Part shown: positions 7,899-17,925 of the stretch, piece by piece
Layout of the letters: each line of letters begins with the position of its first letter
Position numbering within the stretch: position 1 is the first letter of the stretch
Source: Pontimonas sp.
GTDB taxonomy: Bacteria; Actinomycetota; Actinomycetes; Actinomycetales; Microbacteriaceae
Assembly (NCBI RefSeq): GCF_031580665.1
Contig: NZ_JAVLCD010000003.1
Strand: one strand, 5' to 3'
DNA length: 64,000 nt
The notes under the pieces: generated by a model
Told to the model about the DNA's origin: nothing
The model's database searches: none
The model's input: the letters and a program-made list of their open reading frames with translations, nothing else
Made by a program: the position numbers and the translations under genes

Positions 7899-9293
7899 TC
7901 AATTTGCCACTGCGCAGGTGACGTCATCCGCTGTTTGGCCGACAAGCCCCTCGAGGACCTCTGCTTGTGTCACTGGCTGGTCAGATTCCTGCTCAGCATC
8001 CTCGGATGACGTGTCACCGTCGCTTTGATCCGCTGGGGTTTCTTCGCCCGTGCCGCCAGACTCCTCTTCGGTGGTGTCCGCTTCGTTGGTGTCAGGGGCT
8101 TGCGCTTCGCCCGTTTGGTCGGTGGGTTCTTGCCCCTCATCGGCCGACGCACTGGGGACTTCCGCGTCGACACCCTCCTCGGCGGGGGCGTCTTCGGAGC
8201 CGCGCCCACCCGAGCCTTCCGCGAGCGCGTAGGGCTCATCGGTTTGGATTTTGGCCAACACGGTTTCCGAGAGGGTCGGATCGGGGATCACTCTGCCCGA
8301 ATAACCCTCCGGCGCATCGAGCACCGGGAACTGGATGAACACGATGTTCTCGTTGGGAATATTACGCAGCGCCCTCGCCATCGACACCATCACATCGAGA
8401 CTCCCCAAAGAACTCGAGAGCACCATATTTTGGGCCGCCACTTGGGCGATGCCATACAGGCGGGTGACGTCGTTGAGGACACCGTCGGCCTGGAGCGTGC
8501 GCACCAGCGCGGACATGTAGACCTGCTGGGAGGAAATGCGGGCCAGGTCACTGCCATCACCGACGCCTTTGCGGGTGCGGAGGAAGGCCAGTGCTTGACC
8601 CCCTTCGAGGGTGTGCCAACCGGCTTCTGGCAGATCAAGACCCGACCAGGGGTCCACGATGGGTTCGTTGACACAGACTTCAACACCGCCGACCGCCGTC
8701 GAGAGTTGTGCGACACCGGTGAAGGTCATCACACCGGCGTAGCCGACATCCAAACCGGTGAGTTGCTCGACGGTTGCCGCCACACAGGGCAGACCGCCGA
8801 TGCTCCAGGTCGCATTGAGGGGCGTCAGCTCGCGGGGCTCCGAGAGCGAACCATCGGCCTGCTCACACGCGGGAACGTCGACCAGGGTGTCGCGGGGAAA
8901 GCTCATGACCGTAGCGTGGTCGTGGTTTTCTGACACGTGCACCAACAGGTTCACGTCGTTGAGTTCACTGTCTGATTCGCCGAACTGCTCGCCCTGACCC
9001 ACTCGGGTGTCGGATCCGACGATGAGGACGTTGAAACCGCCTTCCCATTCACCGACCCCGGCCATCACGGGCTGTTCGTATCCGGGCAGTTCGACCGTTT
9101 GCAGTGAGGCGGTGAGATTCGCGACGGTGAAACCGGCGACGGCAAACGCACTGACCACCAGTGAGGTGGTCACGAGGCCGGCAATCGCCGCCCCCGCACG
9201 CCAGCCACCGAGTCGTTTCTGGGTCGCGTGGTGGGGTTGGTACCACCCGCGACGGCGACGGCGCTCGCGCCTGGAGATGCCTTGCGTGCTCAC
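7899..9293 (-). CDS. LytR-CpsA-Psr (LCP) family cell-envelope phosphotransferase with an acidic C-terminal tail
   Basis: N-terminal TM segment, then LIVGSDTR...NLLVHVSENHDHATVMSFPRDT, the LCP core. The start was trimmed to GTG at 9293 because the ORF-track N-terminus (PRGFESHALR) is a translation of the tRNA-Ser gene. Confidence 0.85.
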   Translation of the reverse strand: MSTQGISRRERRRRRGWYQPHHATQKRLGGWRAGAAIAGLVTTSLVVSAFAVAGFTVANLTASLQTVELPGYEQPVMAGVGEWEGGFNVLIVGSDTRVGQGEQFGESDSELNDVNLLVHVSENHDHATVMSFPRDTLVDVPACEQADGSLSEPRELTPLNATWSIGGLPCVAATVEQLTGLDVGYAGVMTFTGVAQLSTAVGGVEVCVNEPIVDPWSGLDLPEAGWHTLEGGQALAFLRTRKGVGDGSDLARISSQQVYMSALVRTLQADGVLNDVTRLYGIAQVAAQNMVLSSSLGSLDVMVSMARALRNIPNENIVFIQFPVLDAPEGYSGRVIPDPTLSETVLAKIQTDEPYALAEGSGGRGSEDAPAEEGVDAEVPSASADEGQEPTDQTGEAQAPDTNEADTTEEESGGTGEETPADQSDGDTSSEDAEQESDQPVTQAEVLEGLVGQTADDVTCAVAN

Positions 9294-9318
9294 CCCGGGG
9301 TTTCCCTTCCCTTTGTCG

Positions 9319-9406
9319 TGGCGGAGGGCGTGGGATTCGAACCCACGAGGCATTTCTGCCCACTGGTTTTCAAGACCAGCTCCATCGGCCGCTCGGACAG
9401 CCCTCC
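9319..9406 (-). tRNA. tRNA-Ser (anticodon TGA), CCA encoded
   Basis: Reverse complement GGAGGGC...CTGGT-CTTGAAA-ACCAG...GTGGGTTCGAATCCCAC-GCCCTCC-GCCA. Confidence 0.9.
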
Positions 9407-9430
9407 AGCTAAAAAGTGTAACCCCGTATG

Positions 9431-10288
9431 CTAGGCCACGCCTTTGAGGCTCTTCAACGCCCAGGCGACACCGTCATCACCGTCAGACTTGGTCACCTCG
9501 GTGGCGTGTTCCAACACATCCGGCGGGGCTTGGCCCATCGCGACGGCGCGGCCCTCCACACCCGCCCACTGAAACATTTCGATGTCGTTTCGACCGTCGC
9601 CGATCGCCATCACCCGGTTTCTGGCAAACCCCAGGGTGTGGCGGATGCGCTCGAGCGCGGTGGATTTGTTGACCCCGTCTGGCGCAATGTCTAACCAGTT
9701 GGTCCAGCCGACCGCATAGCTCACCTGGTGCAAACCAAGATCTTCGACCGCCTGTCGAAAGTCGTCCGCGTCGTGCCCGGGAGCAATCACCACCACGCGG
9801 GTCGCGACCGTCGTGAGCAGGTCATCGAAGGCGACCTCTTCGGTCTCAATATCGAGAGCACCGTCGGGAAACCAGCCGGTGTAGCGATAGAGGCCGGTTT
9901 CGTTTTCCACGGCGTAGTTCGCCTGCGGCAGTCTTTCTTTAATCGATTGCAACACCGGGGTGGGGTCGAAGTGTTCCACGTGTGCCCGGCGGTAACCCCT
10001 GGGGGCCAGGGGGTCGCGCTGGAGTGTAATCGCGCCATTTGAGGACACGACAAACTCCGGTGAGAGCTCCAACTGTTCCAACACCGGCAGCGTCATCGAC
10101 ACGGATCGACCGGTGGCGAGTGTCACTTCGTGACCCTCGTCTCGGACCCTTCGCACTTCGCGCACTACGTGGTCTGACAGTGCTCCGTTTTCGTGCAGGA
10201 CCGTGCCATCAATATCCAATGCGACCAGCCAGGCCTCTGTGGACCAGGACCGAGAAGGCTGGTCGACGCCAGCGGCCACTTCGCTCAC
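9431..10288 (-). CDS. Cof-type HAD-IIB family hydrolase
   Basis: Motif [10 protein letters not shown] and motif IV-like [14 protein letters not shown] at 10288 overlaps the serS stop (GTGA). Confidence 0.8.
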   Translation of the reverse strand: MSEVAAGVDQPSRSWSTEAWLVALDIDGTVLHENGALSDHVVREVRRVRDEGHEVTLATGRSVSMTLPVLEQLELSPEFVVSSNGAITLQRDPLAPRGYRRAHVEHFDPTPVLQSIKERLPQANYAVENETGLYRYTGWFPDGALDIETEEVAFDDLLTTVATRVVVIAPGHDADDFRQAVEDLGLHQVSYAVGWTNWLDIAPDGVNKSTALERIRHTLGFARNRVMAIGDGRNDIEMFQWAGVEGRAVAMGQAPPDVLEHATEVTKSDGDDGVAWALKSLKGVA

Positions 10289-11556
10289 TGGTCTCCTCTG
10301 GCACGAATGGTGTCTTGACCCACAAAAGGTTGGAGAGATTCTGGGACACGAATCGAACCGTCGGGTTGCTGGTGGGTTTCGAGCAGAGCAACAATCCACC
10401 TCGTGGTGGCCAGCGTGCCGTTGAGAGTCGCGACAGCTTCGGTGTTCCCGTCTGGTTCCACGCGGTGGCGGGTGCCGAGCCTGCGGGCTTGGAAGGTGGT
10501 GCAGTTGGATGTGCTGGTGAGTTCGCGGTAGTCGCCCTGTGAGGCAATCCAGGCCTCAATGTCGTATTTTCTCGCCGCGCTGGAGCCCAAATCACCCGCC
10601 GCCACGTCAATCACTCGGTAGTGCAGCCCCAATTCGCCCAGCAACTGTTCCTGCCAACCCAGCAGCCGCTCGTGTTCCGCTTCGGCATCGCCTTGGCTGG
10701 TGTAGCTAAACATCTCCAGTTTTTGGAACTGGTGGACTCGAATAATCCCCCGGACATCGCGACCGTGCGAACCGGCTTCCCGCCGGTAACAGGTCGACAA
10801 CCCGGCATAGCGCAGGGGTCCCGCGCTCAGGTCGATGATTTCGTCCGAGTGGTAGCCCGCCAGCGCGACCTCGCTGGTTCCGGTGAGATACAACTCATCG
10901 TGTGGCAGGTAATACACCTCTGAGGCGTGCTCGCCCAAAAAGCCGGTGCCCTGCATCACCTCTGGCCTGACCAGGGTGGGCGGCATCATCAGCTGGAAAC
11001 CCTCTCCCACGGCGAGCTGAATGGCGCGCTGCATCAGCGCGTTTTCGAGCAGTGCGCCCGCACCGACGAGGAAATAAAAGCGCGAACCCGATACTTTCGC
11101 ACCGCGGTCCATGTCGATAATGCCGAGTGCTTCGGCGAGGTCGAGGTGGTCGCGCACCGGAAAATCGAAAGAGGGTTTGTCGCCGACGGTTTTCAGGGTG
11201 TGAAAGTTTTCTTCGCCGCCTGCAGGAACCCCTTCGCTGACCAGGTTGGGCAGGGCGTAGAGGGCTTTTTTCGCGTTCGCTTCAGCCTCCTGAAGGTTCG
11301 CCTGAGCGGCTTTGACTTTCTCGGCGAGGGCTTTCGCGTCGGCGACCAGGGCGCTTTTTTCTTCGCCCTTCGCCGCAGCCACTTTTTTGCCGAAGAGGTT
11401 TTGCTCACCGCGGAGGGTTTCGAACTCGGTGATTGCCGCGCGTCTGGCGTCATCGGCCACGATGGCCCGATCCACGGCCTCTATCTCGCCTCCTCGGGCC
11501 TGAAGTGACTGGCGAATGAGGTCTGGATTGTCGCGCAGTAGGGTCGGGTCAATCAC
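10285..11556 (-). CDS. serS: Serine--tRNA ligase
   Basis: 423 aa. N-terminal coiled-coil arm ([22 protein letters not shown]...), class II core motifs ([27 protein letters not shown]) and GTLATTR near the C-terminus. Confidence 0.95.
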   Translation of the reverse strand: MIDPTLLRDNPDLIRQSLQARGGEIEAVDRAIVADDARRAAITEFETLRGEQNLFGKKVAAAKGEEKSALVADAKALAEKVKAAQANLQEAEANAKKALYALPNLVSEGVPAGGEENFHTLKTVGDKPSFDFPVRDHLDLAEALGIIDMDRGAKVSGSRFYFLVGAGALLENALMQRAIQLAVGEGFQLMMPPTLVRPEVMQGTGFLGEHASEVYYLPHDELYLTGTSEVALAGYHSDEIIDLSAGPLRYAGLSTCYRREAGSHGRDVRGIIRVHQFQKLEMFSYTSQGDAEAEHERLLGWQEQLLGELGLHYRVIDVAAGDLGSSAARKYDIEAWIASQGDYRELTSTSNCTTFQARRLGTRHRVEPDGNTEAVATLNGTLATTRWIVALLETHQQPDGSIRVPESLQPFVGQDTIRARGDQ

Positions 11557-11568
11557 CCTTCTAGTGTG

Positions 11569-12513
11569 TCACGACTCGCCTGGCTGACCCTCGGCGACGG
11601 CGTCTAACCAGCGTCTGGCATCGATAAACGCGTCGTCGGTGTAACGCGAGGACACACTCGGGGTGTGGCCATTGGCGCGAGGGTAGGAACCCAGGAAGAT
11701 TACGTGGGGACTAAAGCGCCGAAGCCCAAGCAGCGCATCGGCGACGCGTTCGTCGTGAATGTGACCGTCGAGGTCGATCACGAAGCGGTAGCGACCCATC
11801 GAATCCCCGATGGGTCTCGATTCCAGCAGACTCATGTTGACCCCGCGGGTGGCGAACTGTTCCAGCATCTCCAGCAGGCGGCCCGGGCCGTCGTCGGGTA
11901 GCTCGGCGATGATGCTGGTTTTATCCGACCCGGTGCGCTCCGGCAGCGGACCCCCCTTTTGAATGAGGACGAAACGCGTTTCCGCGCTCGGGTTATCGCC
12001 AATATCGTCAGCCAGTACTTCCACGTTGATTCTCTCGGTAATCCCGCGCGGGGCTAAGCCGGCGTGGACGCCATCATCCTCGAGCGCGTCCTGGGCGGCT
12101 TGGACGTTGGAGGACGAGGGAACGTGGGTGTGGCGGGGCAGGTGGGTCTCTAACCAGGCGCGACACTGCGCATACGCCACGGGGTGCGCGGCGAGTAGCT
12201 CGACGGCGTCGAGTGTGACCCCGGCGGGTGCGACCAGCGCAAAACGCACCGGCACCTGATATTCCCCCACGATGCGCAGATCGGGCACGTGTGCCAGGGC
12301 GTCTTGGGTGGCGCTCACGCCACCCTCGACGCTGTTTTCGATGGCGATCATCGCGTAGTCGCTGCGCCCCGAGGTGACATCATCGAGAGCTTCGCCCAGG
12401 TTTGCCACGCTGATCCATTCACCCGTCTCGGCGCCCTTCACCTGACGGAGGGCTTCCCAGGTGAAGGTTCCTTCGGGGCCCAAATAGCTGTAGCGGGCTG
12501 GCGTGCTGGTCAT
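11569..12513 (-). CDS. pheA: Prephenate dehydratase
   Basis: YLGPEGTFT start of the PDT domain and a C-terminal ACT region with LLESRPIG. Trimmed to ATG at 12513. Confidence 0.9.
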   Translation of the reverse strand: MTSTPARYSYLGPEGTFTWEALRQVKGAETGEWISVANLGEALDDVTSGRSDYAMIAIENSVEGGVSATQDALAHVPDLRIVGEYQVPVRFALVAPAGVTLDAVELLAAHPVAYAQCRAWLETHLPRHTHVPSSSNVQAAQDALEDDGVHAGLAPRGITERINVEVLADDIGDNPSAETRFVLIQKGGPLPERTGSDKTSIIAELPDDGPGRLLEMLEQFATRGVNMSLLESRPIGDSMGRYRFVIDLDGHIHDERVADALLGLRRFSPHVIFLGSYPRANGHTPSVSSRYTDDAFIDARRWLDAVAEGQPGES

Positions 12514-12590
12514 GGTGCTCAAGTGTAGTGAGCAGCTGGGCTGCACAGGCGGTGACAGACTGGAGGGACTGTGAGACGAGGGGGTGTGAC

Positions 12591-13769
12591 GTGGCATCCG
12601 AGACGCATCCGTATGACCACATCAGCGAAGAAGACCTGATTGGTAAGGGGTCGCTGAAGTGGACACATTTTCCGGGCACGCTGCCCGCGTTTGTGGCCGA
12701 AATGGACTTTCCCCTCGCTCCCGCCATTTCGGACGCTCTGGCCGAGGCCACACGTCTCGAGCGCTATGGCTACCTGCCCGAGCCAGTGAAGCGGGATATG
12801 CAGCAGGCCAGCAAAGACTTCCTGCAGGAAAATTACCGGTGGGATGTGCCCGCGGAGCGGATCTACCCCACCGGGGATGTGCTCGCTGCCTACGAGGTCG
12901 TCGTGCGACGCCTCGTCACCCCCGGCAGTCCGATTATTGTGCCGACCCCGGCGTATATGCCCTTTCTCACCCTCACGAAGCAGCTGGACCACCCGGTCAT
13001 CGAAGTCCCCATGCGCGATCTAGACGGTGAGCGGCCCACCCTCGATCTCGACGCGATCGGCCGGCACCTGGCGGGAGAGGCCGAACTGGTGGTGCTGTGT
13101 AACCCTCACAACCCGCTCGGACTGGTCTCCACCCGGGCGGAATTGCGAGCCCTGGCCGACGTCGTCGAATCCCACGGGGGTCTCGTCTTTTCCGATGAAA
13201 TCCACGCCCCCCTGGTCTTTGGTGACCGGGAGCACATCCCCTACGCGACCATCGGTGTTGATGCGGCCGCACACAGCATTACCGCCACCTCGGCGTCGAA
13301 AGCGTGGAACCTGCCGGGGCTGAAATGCGCCCAGCTGATCGTCACCGCCGATCAGCACCAAGAGGTGCTAAAACCGCTCGAATTCACGGTCTCGCACAGT
13401 GCGTCCACACCGGGAGTATTAGCCACGACGGCCGCCTACCGAGACGGTGGCGCCTGGTTGGCCGAGGTGAAAGATTACCTCCGGGGAAACCTGGAGCTTG
13501 TTGCCCGCCTCCAGGAGCACTACCTCCCCGGTGCCCACTACCGCACCCCGGAGGGCACCTACATCGCCTGGCTCGATGCGCGCTCCGTGGACATGGGCGA
13601 TGCGGCCAATCCGGCAGAGTATTTCCGCGAACACGCCAAAGTATCTCTCACCGACGGCGCCTCCTGCGGTGAAGCGGGGGTGGGCCACGTGCGCCTGATC
13701 GCGGCGACGCCGCGACCCATCCTGGAAAAGATTGTGCATCAGCTGGCAGAACACTGGAGGCCCCAGTAA
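12591..13769 (+). CDS. Class I/II PLP aminotransferase, MalY/PatB-type (putative C-S lyase)
   Basis: KWTHFPGTLPAFVAEMDF near the N-terminus and SASKAWNLPGLK carrying the PLP lysine. Start uncertain: GTG at 12591 was chosen, while the ORF-track start is 12528. Confidence 0.75.
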   Translation: MASETHPYDHISEEDLIGKGSLKWTHFPGTLPAFVAEMDFPLAPAISDALAEATRLERYGYLPEPVKRDMQQASKDFLQENYRWDVPAERIYPTGDVLAAYEVVVRRLVTPGSPIIVPTPAYMPFLTLTKQLDHPVIEVPMRDLDGERPTLDLDAIGRHLAGEAELVVLCNPHNPLGLVSTRAELRALADVVESHGGLVFSDEIHAPLVFGDREHIPYATIGVDAAAHSITATSASKAWNLPGLKCAQLIVTADQHQEVLKPLEFTVSHSASTPGVLATTAAYRDGGAWLAEVKDYLRGNLELVARLQEHYLPGAHYRTPEGTYIAWLDARSVDMGDAANPAEYFREHAKVSLTDGASCGEAGVGHVRLIAATPRPILEKIVHQLAEHWRPQ

Positions 13770-13811
13770 TTTCTCTTTCGCGATGAGCCCCGCGGGCGTA
13801 GATTAAGCGCC

Positions 13812-14090
13812 ATGGCGATTCAACACGAACCAGAGGCTTCGCGCTACGTGCTCCTCGATGATGAGGGCGATTTTGTCGGTGAGGTCGAGTACGACACCGA
13901 CGGTGACACACTTCTTCTGCTGCGCGCGGAAGTGCCCACCTCCAAACGCGGAGGCGGCCACGGAGTCCGACTGGTGCGAGAGACACTGGAGATGATTCGG
14001 GACGAAAAACACGGCAAAGTGCAACCGATTTGCCCGTTCATCGCCAAATTCATGGTGAAAAACCCCGAATTTCAGGCTCTTCGGGCCTAG
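13812..14090 (+). CDS. Small GNAT-like acetyltransferase (YjdJ-type, 92 aa)
   Basis: The size and the C-terminal ...QPICPFIAKFM motif are characteristic of the single-domain GNAT-like YjdJ family (from memory). Confidence 0.65.
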   Translation: MAIQHEPEASRYVLLDDEGDFVGEVEYDTDGDTLLLLRAEVPTSKRGGGHGVRLVRETLEMIRDEKHGKVQPICPFIAKFMVKNPEFQALRA

Positions 14091-14941
14091 TCGATGACAC
14101 CCCTGGTGGGGACCACCGTGAGGTGGCCATCCACAGAGCGGGTGACATCGAGTGGAACGCGGTAGGCATCGCTCAAAATATCCGCCGTCATCACCTCCTC
14201 GGGTGTTCCCACCGCGACCAAGGAGCCGCCCACAATCAATCCCACCCGGTCGGCGTAGGCGGCGGCCAACGACAGGTCGTGCACGACAACCACCACGCCC
14301 CGCGGCCTCGGGGGAATCGCGGACCGGTCGTCTGTGTCGACCGGGTCGCCAGCGACCCGGGAGCGTCTCCTAATCACCCTCATCACTCGATCTTGGTGGT
14401 GCAAATCCAACGCGGCCGTGGGTTCGTCCAAGAGCAACACGTCGGTGTCTTGGGCGAGTACTCGCGCGAGTGACACTCTCGCTTTTTCCCCTCCAGAGAG
14501 CTCGCCAAATCGCCTCGAGGCCAAATCCGTGACACCCACCGACTGCATGGCCCGAGCGATACTGGCCTCGTCATGATCGGCCTCCATCGTCCCCACCCAC
14601 GGGTTTCGCCCCATTTCGACGACCTGGGACACCGTGAAGGGAAACGAAACCTGGTTGGACTGCAACAAGATTGCCCTGAACTGGGAGAGGGCTTTGGGCC
14701 GGTAGCTCTTGGCCGGGACCCCCTTAATCAGCGCCTGGCCGGTTGAGGGGGTGATCTCACCCGAGAGTGCCCCCAACAGTGTCGACTTGCCGGCACCGTT
14801 TGGCCCCACCAGGGCGAAGACTTCACCGGGATACACCGCCAGCGAGACATCCGTGACAATGCTGCGCTTACTGCGCACCACGCTGACCTCGCGCAGCTCG
14901 AGAAGCGTGTCGTGCGGGAGCGACCAGTCGTTCACATCCAC
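14087..14941 (-). CDS. Iron-chelate/heme type ABC transporter ATP-binding protein (FecE/HmuV-like)
   Basis: Walker A GPNGAGKST, signature LSGGEKARV, Walker B LLLDEPTAALD, H-loop VVVVHDL. Carries an Arg/Pro-rich insertion before the H-loop. Confidence 0.85.
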   Translation of the reverse strand: MDVNDWSLPHDTLLELREVSVVRSKRSIVTDVSLAVYPGEVFALVGPNGAGKSTLLGALSGEITPSTGQALIKGVPAKSYRPKALSQFRAILLQSNQVSFPFTVSQVVEMGRNPWVGTMEADHDEASIARAMQSVGVTDLASRRFGELSGGEKARVSLARVLAQDTDVLLLDEPTAALDLHHQDRVMRVIRRRSRVAGDPVDTDDRSAIPPRPRGVVVVVHDLSLAAAYADRVGLIVGGSLVAVGTPEEVMTADILSDAYRVPLDVTRSVDGHLTVVPTRGVID

Positions 14942-16008
14942 CCCCCACTCTTTCGACGCTGCTGGTAGAGCAGCCCAAAGAAAAACGGTCCCCCCACCAA
15001 CGCCGTCAGCATGCCAATGGGCAGGTCTGATCCGTCGACCAGCGTCCGTGTCAACAAATCCGCCCAGAGCAGCAAGGTGGCCCCACCGACGGCACTCGCC
15101 CAGAGAAGCCCCCGATGGGCTGGGCCCAACACCATCCGGATGATGTGCGGGACAACCAGCCCTACAAACGCGATGATTCCCGCGAACGCGACGGCGGCCG
15201 CCGTCAACAGCGCGACCAACACGATGACCACGATGCGCAGGGCCTCGACGTCGACGCCCAGGTGCCGAGCATTTCGCTCACCCAGGGCCAACACATCGAG
15301 CTGCCTGGAGAGCACCACCGCAGCGACCATTCCCACCAGCAGCAGCGGTGCCACCACAACCACCTCGGACCACAGCGAGCCCGCCAGAGAACCCAGTTGC
15401 CAAAACACAATTTGTTCCCGACTGGCCGTATCGGCGAGGAATAGGACAAACGCCAGGCCGGCCTGGGCAAAAGCGTTGATTGCGATGCCCGTCAACAACA
15501 GGGTGACCACCTCGGTGCGACCCCCAGCACGCGCCACGGCGTAGACCAGGAGCGTGGCGAGGAGACCGCCGACAAAGGCCAAGGCTGCCACCCCGCCGCC
15601 GGCGAATTGAATACCGAACACGATGGCGATGGAGGCACCCAGGGCCGCCCCCGAGGACACCCCCACCACGCCCGGCTCCGCCAACGGGTTTCCAAACACG
15701 GCCTGCATCAGCGCACCACCGACGGCCAACGACGCTCCCACCGCGATGGCCATCGCAATGCGGGGAAAACGCACCACCCACAGCGTGGCGTCGACGACGT
15801 CCTCTTCTGGCGCGAGGGCGGTGGAGAACCCGAGTCGATCCAGAATGGAGCCCCAGACCTCACCGGCGGAAATATCTAACTGCCCGGTGACGGCGGAGAC
15901 CAAGACACCGGCAACCAGGAGTGCCAGAAGTGTCAGTGCCAGCGCACTGCGGCGCAACACTCCCGCGGGTGTAGCCAGTGTGTCGCTCACGGAACCCGGT
16001 GGAGCCAC
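14932..16008 (-). CDS. FecCD-family iron-chelate/heme ABC transporter permease
   Basis: 358 aa polytopic protein ending in the typical ...PIGMLTALVGGPFFFGLL motif. Overlaps both neighbouring genes. Confidence 0.9.
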   Translation of the reverse strand: MAPPGSVSDTLATPAGVLRRSALALTLLALLVAGVLVSAVTGQLDISAGEVWGSILDRLGFSTALAPEEDVVDATLWVVRFPRIAMAIAVGASLAVGGALMQAVFGNPLAEPGVVGVSSGAALGASIAIVFGIQFAGGGVAALAFVGGLLATLLVYAVARAGGRTEVVTLLLTGIAINAFAQAGLAFVLFLADTASREQIVFWQLGSLAGSLWSEVVVVAPLLLVGMVAAVVLSRQLDVLALGERNARHLGVDVEALRIVVIVLVALLTAAAVAFAGIIAFVGLVVPHIIRMVLGPAHRGLLWASAVGGATLLLWADLLTRTLVDGSDLPIGMLTALVGGPFFFGLLYQQRRKSGGWM

Positions 16009-17036
16009 TCGGCGGTGGCGAATTTTTCGCTCGCCAAGCGGGCCGCCAGGCGGTGTTCTGCGTCCGTGATGGACCCGGGGCGAAGCGAATAGAGCGACTG
16101 GAAAGTGTTCACCAGGTGGTCTTGGATGTCCTCTCGGGTCATCCCCGTGTGGGCGCGAAGCGGGTCGACGCGTTTATTCGCGGAAGCGACCCCTTTATCG
16201 CTGATTTTTTCTCGACCGATGCGGAGCACTTCGACCATCCGGTCACCGTCCATGTCATAGGCCATGGTGACGTGGTGGAGCACGGCTCCACTGCCCAAGC
16301 GTTTTTGGGCAGCGCCGCCGATTTTTCCGGTGGGCGACTGGATGTCATTCAGCGGCTTGTAGTGGGCGTCGATGCCGAGGCCGCGAAGCGCCTGAATCAC
16401 CCAGTCGTCGAGGAAGGCGTAGGAGTCTTGAAAGCTCATCCCCGCGACCAGTTCCGCGGGGGCGTAGAGCGAATAGGTGATCGCTGTTCCCAGCTCCATA
16501 AACATCGCCCCGCCACCACTGACCCGGCGGACCACTTCCATACCGTGGCGGTCGGCGCCCGCCATGTCCACTTCGTTTCGAAGGGACTGAAAACTGCCGA
16601 TCACGACCGCGGGTTTCGCCCACTCCCACAGGCGCAGTGTGGGGCCGCGCTCACCGGCACCGACCTGTTCGGTGAGGATTTGATCCATCGCCATTTGCTG
16701 GAGCGGCTCGAGGGGTTCCGGTGCGAGATAATCCCACTGGTAGTCGGTGAAGCTTGTGGCACTGGTGAGGCCGCGCCTCACCACGGTCGCCACCGCTGCC
16801 GGGTCAAACCCCATCAAGACGGCCCCGTCGGGAATGGCCTTCGATACGGCCGCCTCCAGATCATCGTGACTGGTCGCGACCGATAACCCTTCCAGCGAGT
16901 GGTTGATCAGCTCGAGCACCTCATCGGGCTCCAAAAAGAAATCTCCCGCCAACCGGGCGTGGCTGATCTGGCCACCGCTCGTCTCGAGGTCTATCGTGAC
17001 GAGTTTTCCACCGGGAACTTTATACTCTGCGTGCAC
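15987..17036 (-). CDS. lplA: Lipoate-protein ligase, circularly permuted (accessory domain N-terminal)
   Basis: KVPGGKLVTIDLE... (the accessory-domain signature) is at the N-terminus. It is followed by the BPL/LPL catalytic core (RRVSGGGAMFME ... KIGGAAQKR). Confidence 0.75.
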   Translation of the reverse strand: MHAEYKVPGGKLVTIDLETSGGQISHARLAGDFFLEPDEVLELINHSLEGLSVATSHDDLEAAVSKAIPDGAVLMGFDPAAVATVVRRGLTSATSFTDYQWDYLAPEPLEPLQQMAMDQILTEQVGAGERGPTLRLWEWAKPAVVIGSFQSLRNEVDMAGADRHGMEVVRRVSGGGAMFMELGTAITYSLYAPAELVAGMSFQDSYAFLDDWVIQALRGLGIDAHYKPLNDIQSPTGKIGGAAQKRLGSGAVLHHVTMAYDMDGDRMVEVLRIGREKISDKGVASANKRVDPLRAHTGMTREDIQDHLVNTFQSLYSLRPGSITDAEHRLAARLASEKFATAEWLHRVP

Positions 17037-17046
17037 AGCGACCAGC

Positions 17047-17922
17047 TTACTTTCGTGGTTCCGGTAATACCTCGGCCAGCCAGGCGATCAGGTCAGCGAC
17101 CACCTCGTCGCGGTTGGTCTCCTGGAAGACTTCGTGGCGTGCGCCGGGATACACCATCGTGGTCACCCGGCTGAGCCCCCCTCGAGTGCGATAAGCCTTT
17201 TCCAGCTTCCGCACACCACGCTCGCCCCCCAACGAGTCATCGCTGCCGACCATTAACAGCATCGGCAGGTCTGTGCCGACCGGTCGCGGACGGCCCAAGA
17301 GTCTCAGCGCATCGAGGGGACCAAAAAGCGCGAGGGTGTTGGCGGGAAAAGCCAGCGGATCTTCCCGCCAGCGCCTGTGGACGTCTGGGTCCCTACTCAA
17401 CCACTCCGCACCGGTGTCACCGAGGTGGGCGTGCCGGGCGTTTAAATCACCGGCGTTCATATACCCCGGCATCCGGTAGGTGGTGCCGGTAAAGACCACC
17501 GCATCGAGGTGTGGGCCAAAGCCCTGACCGAGAAGAATTTGTCCCATCAGGGAGCCCCAACTGTGGCCGAGAAACACGGTGGGAACGCCGGGGTGTTCCC
17601 GAGCGATCAGTTCGTGACACTGCCGTAGCCCGCGAATTGTGGAGCGCAGCCCGCCTGGTCCTAACCGCCCCAACCGGGAAGTGTCGCCCTCCCACTGATC
17701 GAGACCGGTCTGACCGTGCCCGCGGTGTTCATCCGCCCACACCTCGTAGCCGGCTGTGACCAGTTGCTGTGCCACCCCGTCATAGCGCAGCGCATGTTCA
17801 CCCAACCCGTGGGCAATCTGAATTACTGCCCGCGGCGGCTCAGCTCCGTGCCAGCGGTGGTAGTGGATGGTGACCCCATCGGCGTCCACAAAAGAGTCAT
17901 CGACTCGATGGCTGGCCACCAC
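17047..17922 (-). CDS. Alpha/beta hydrolase (lysophospholipase / monoacylglycerol-lipase-like)
   Basis: HGLGEH oxyanion region and GHSWGS nucleophile elbow. 291 aa. Confidence 0.75.
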   Translation of the reverse strand: MVASHRVDDSFVDADGVTIHYHRWHGAEPPRAVIQIAHGLGEHALRYDGVAQQLVTAGYEVWADEHRGHGQTGLDQWEGDTSRLGRLGPGGLRSTIRGLRQCHELIAREHPGVPTVFLGHSWGSLMGQILLGQGFGPHLDAVVFTGTTYRMPGYMNAGDLNARHAHLGDTGAEWLSRDPDVHRRWREDPLAFPANTLALFGPLDALRLLGRPRPVGTDLPMLLMVGSDDSLGGERGVRKLEKAYRTRGGLSRVTTMVYPGARHEVFQETNRDEVVADLIAWLAEVLPEPRK

Positions 17923-17925
17923 GGG

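Noticed and set aside
9294-9353. N-terminal extension of the LCP ORF (MPRGFESHALRHDKGKGNPG).
   Set aside because: This stretch is the translation of the tRNA-Ser(TGA) gene at 9319-9406. An in-frame GTG at 9293 gives a normal LCP N-terminus.
7699-9406. Possible genomic island: a gene bracketed by two tRNA-Ser genes, with tRNA-Arg also nearby at 578-653.
   Set aside because: There is no integrase, recombinase or tRNA-fragment direct repeat, and no compositional shift visible by eye. The enclosed gene is a core LCP enzyme.
14087-14090. Convergent GNAT and FecE-like genes share overlapping stop codons within the palindrome CTAG.
   Set aside because: This is real but probably a trivial consequence of tight packing. 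No functional claim is made.
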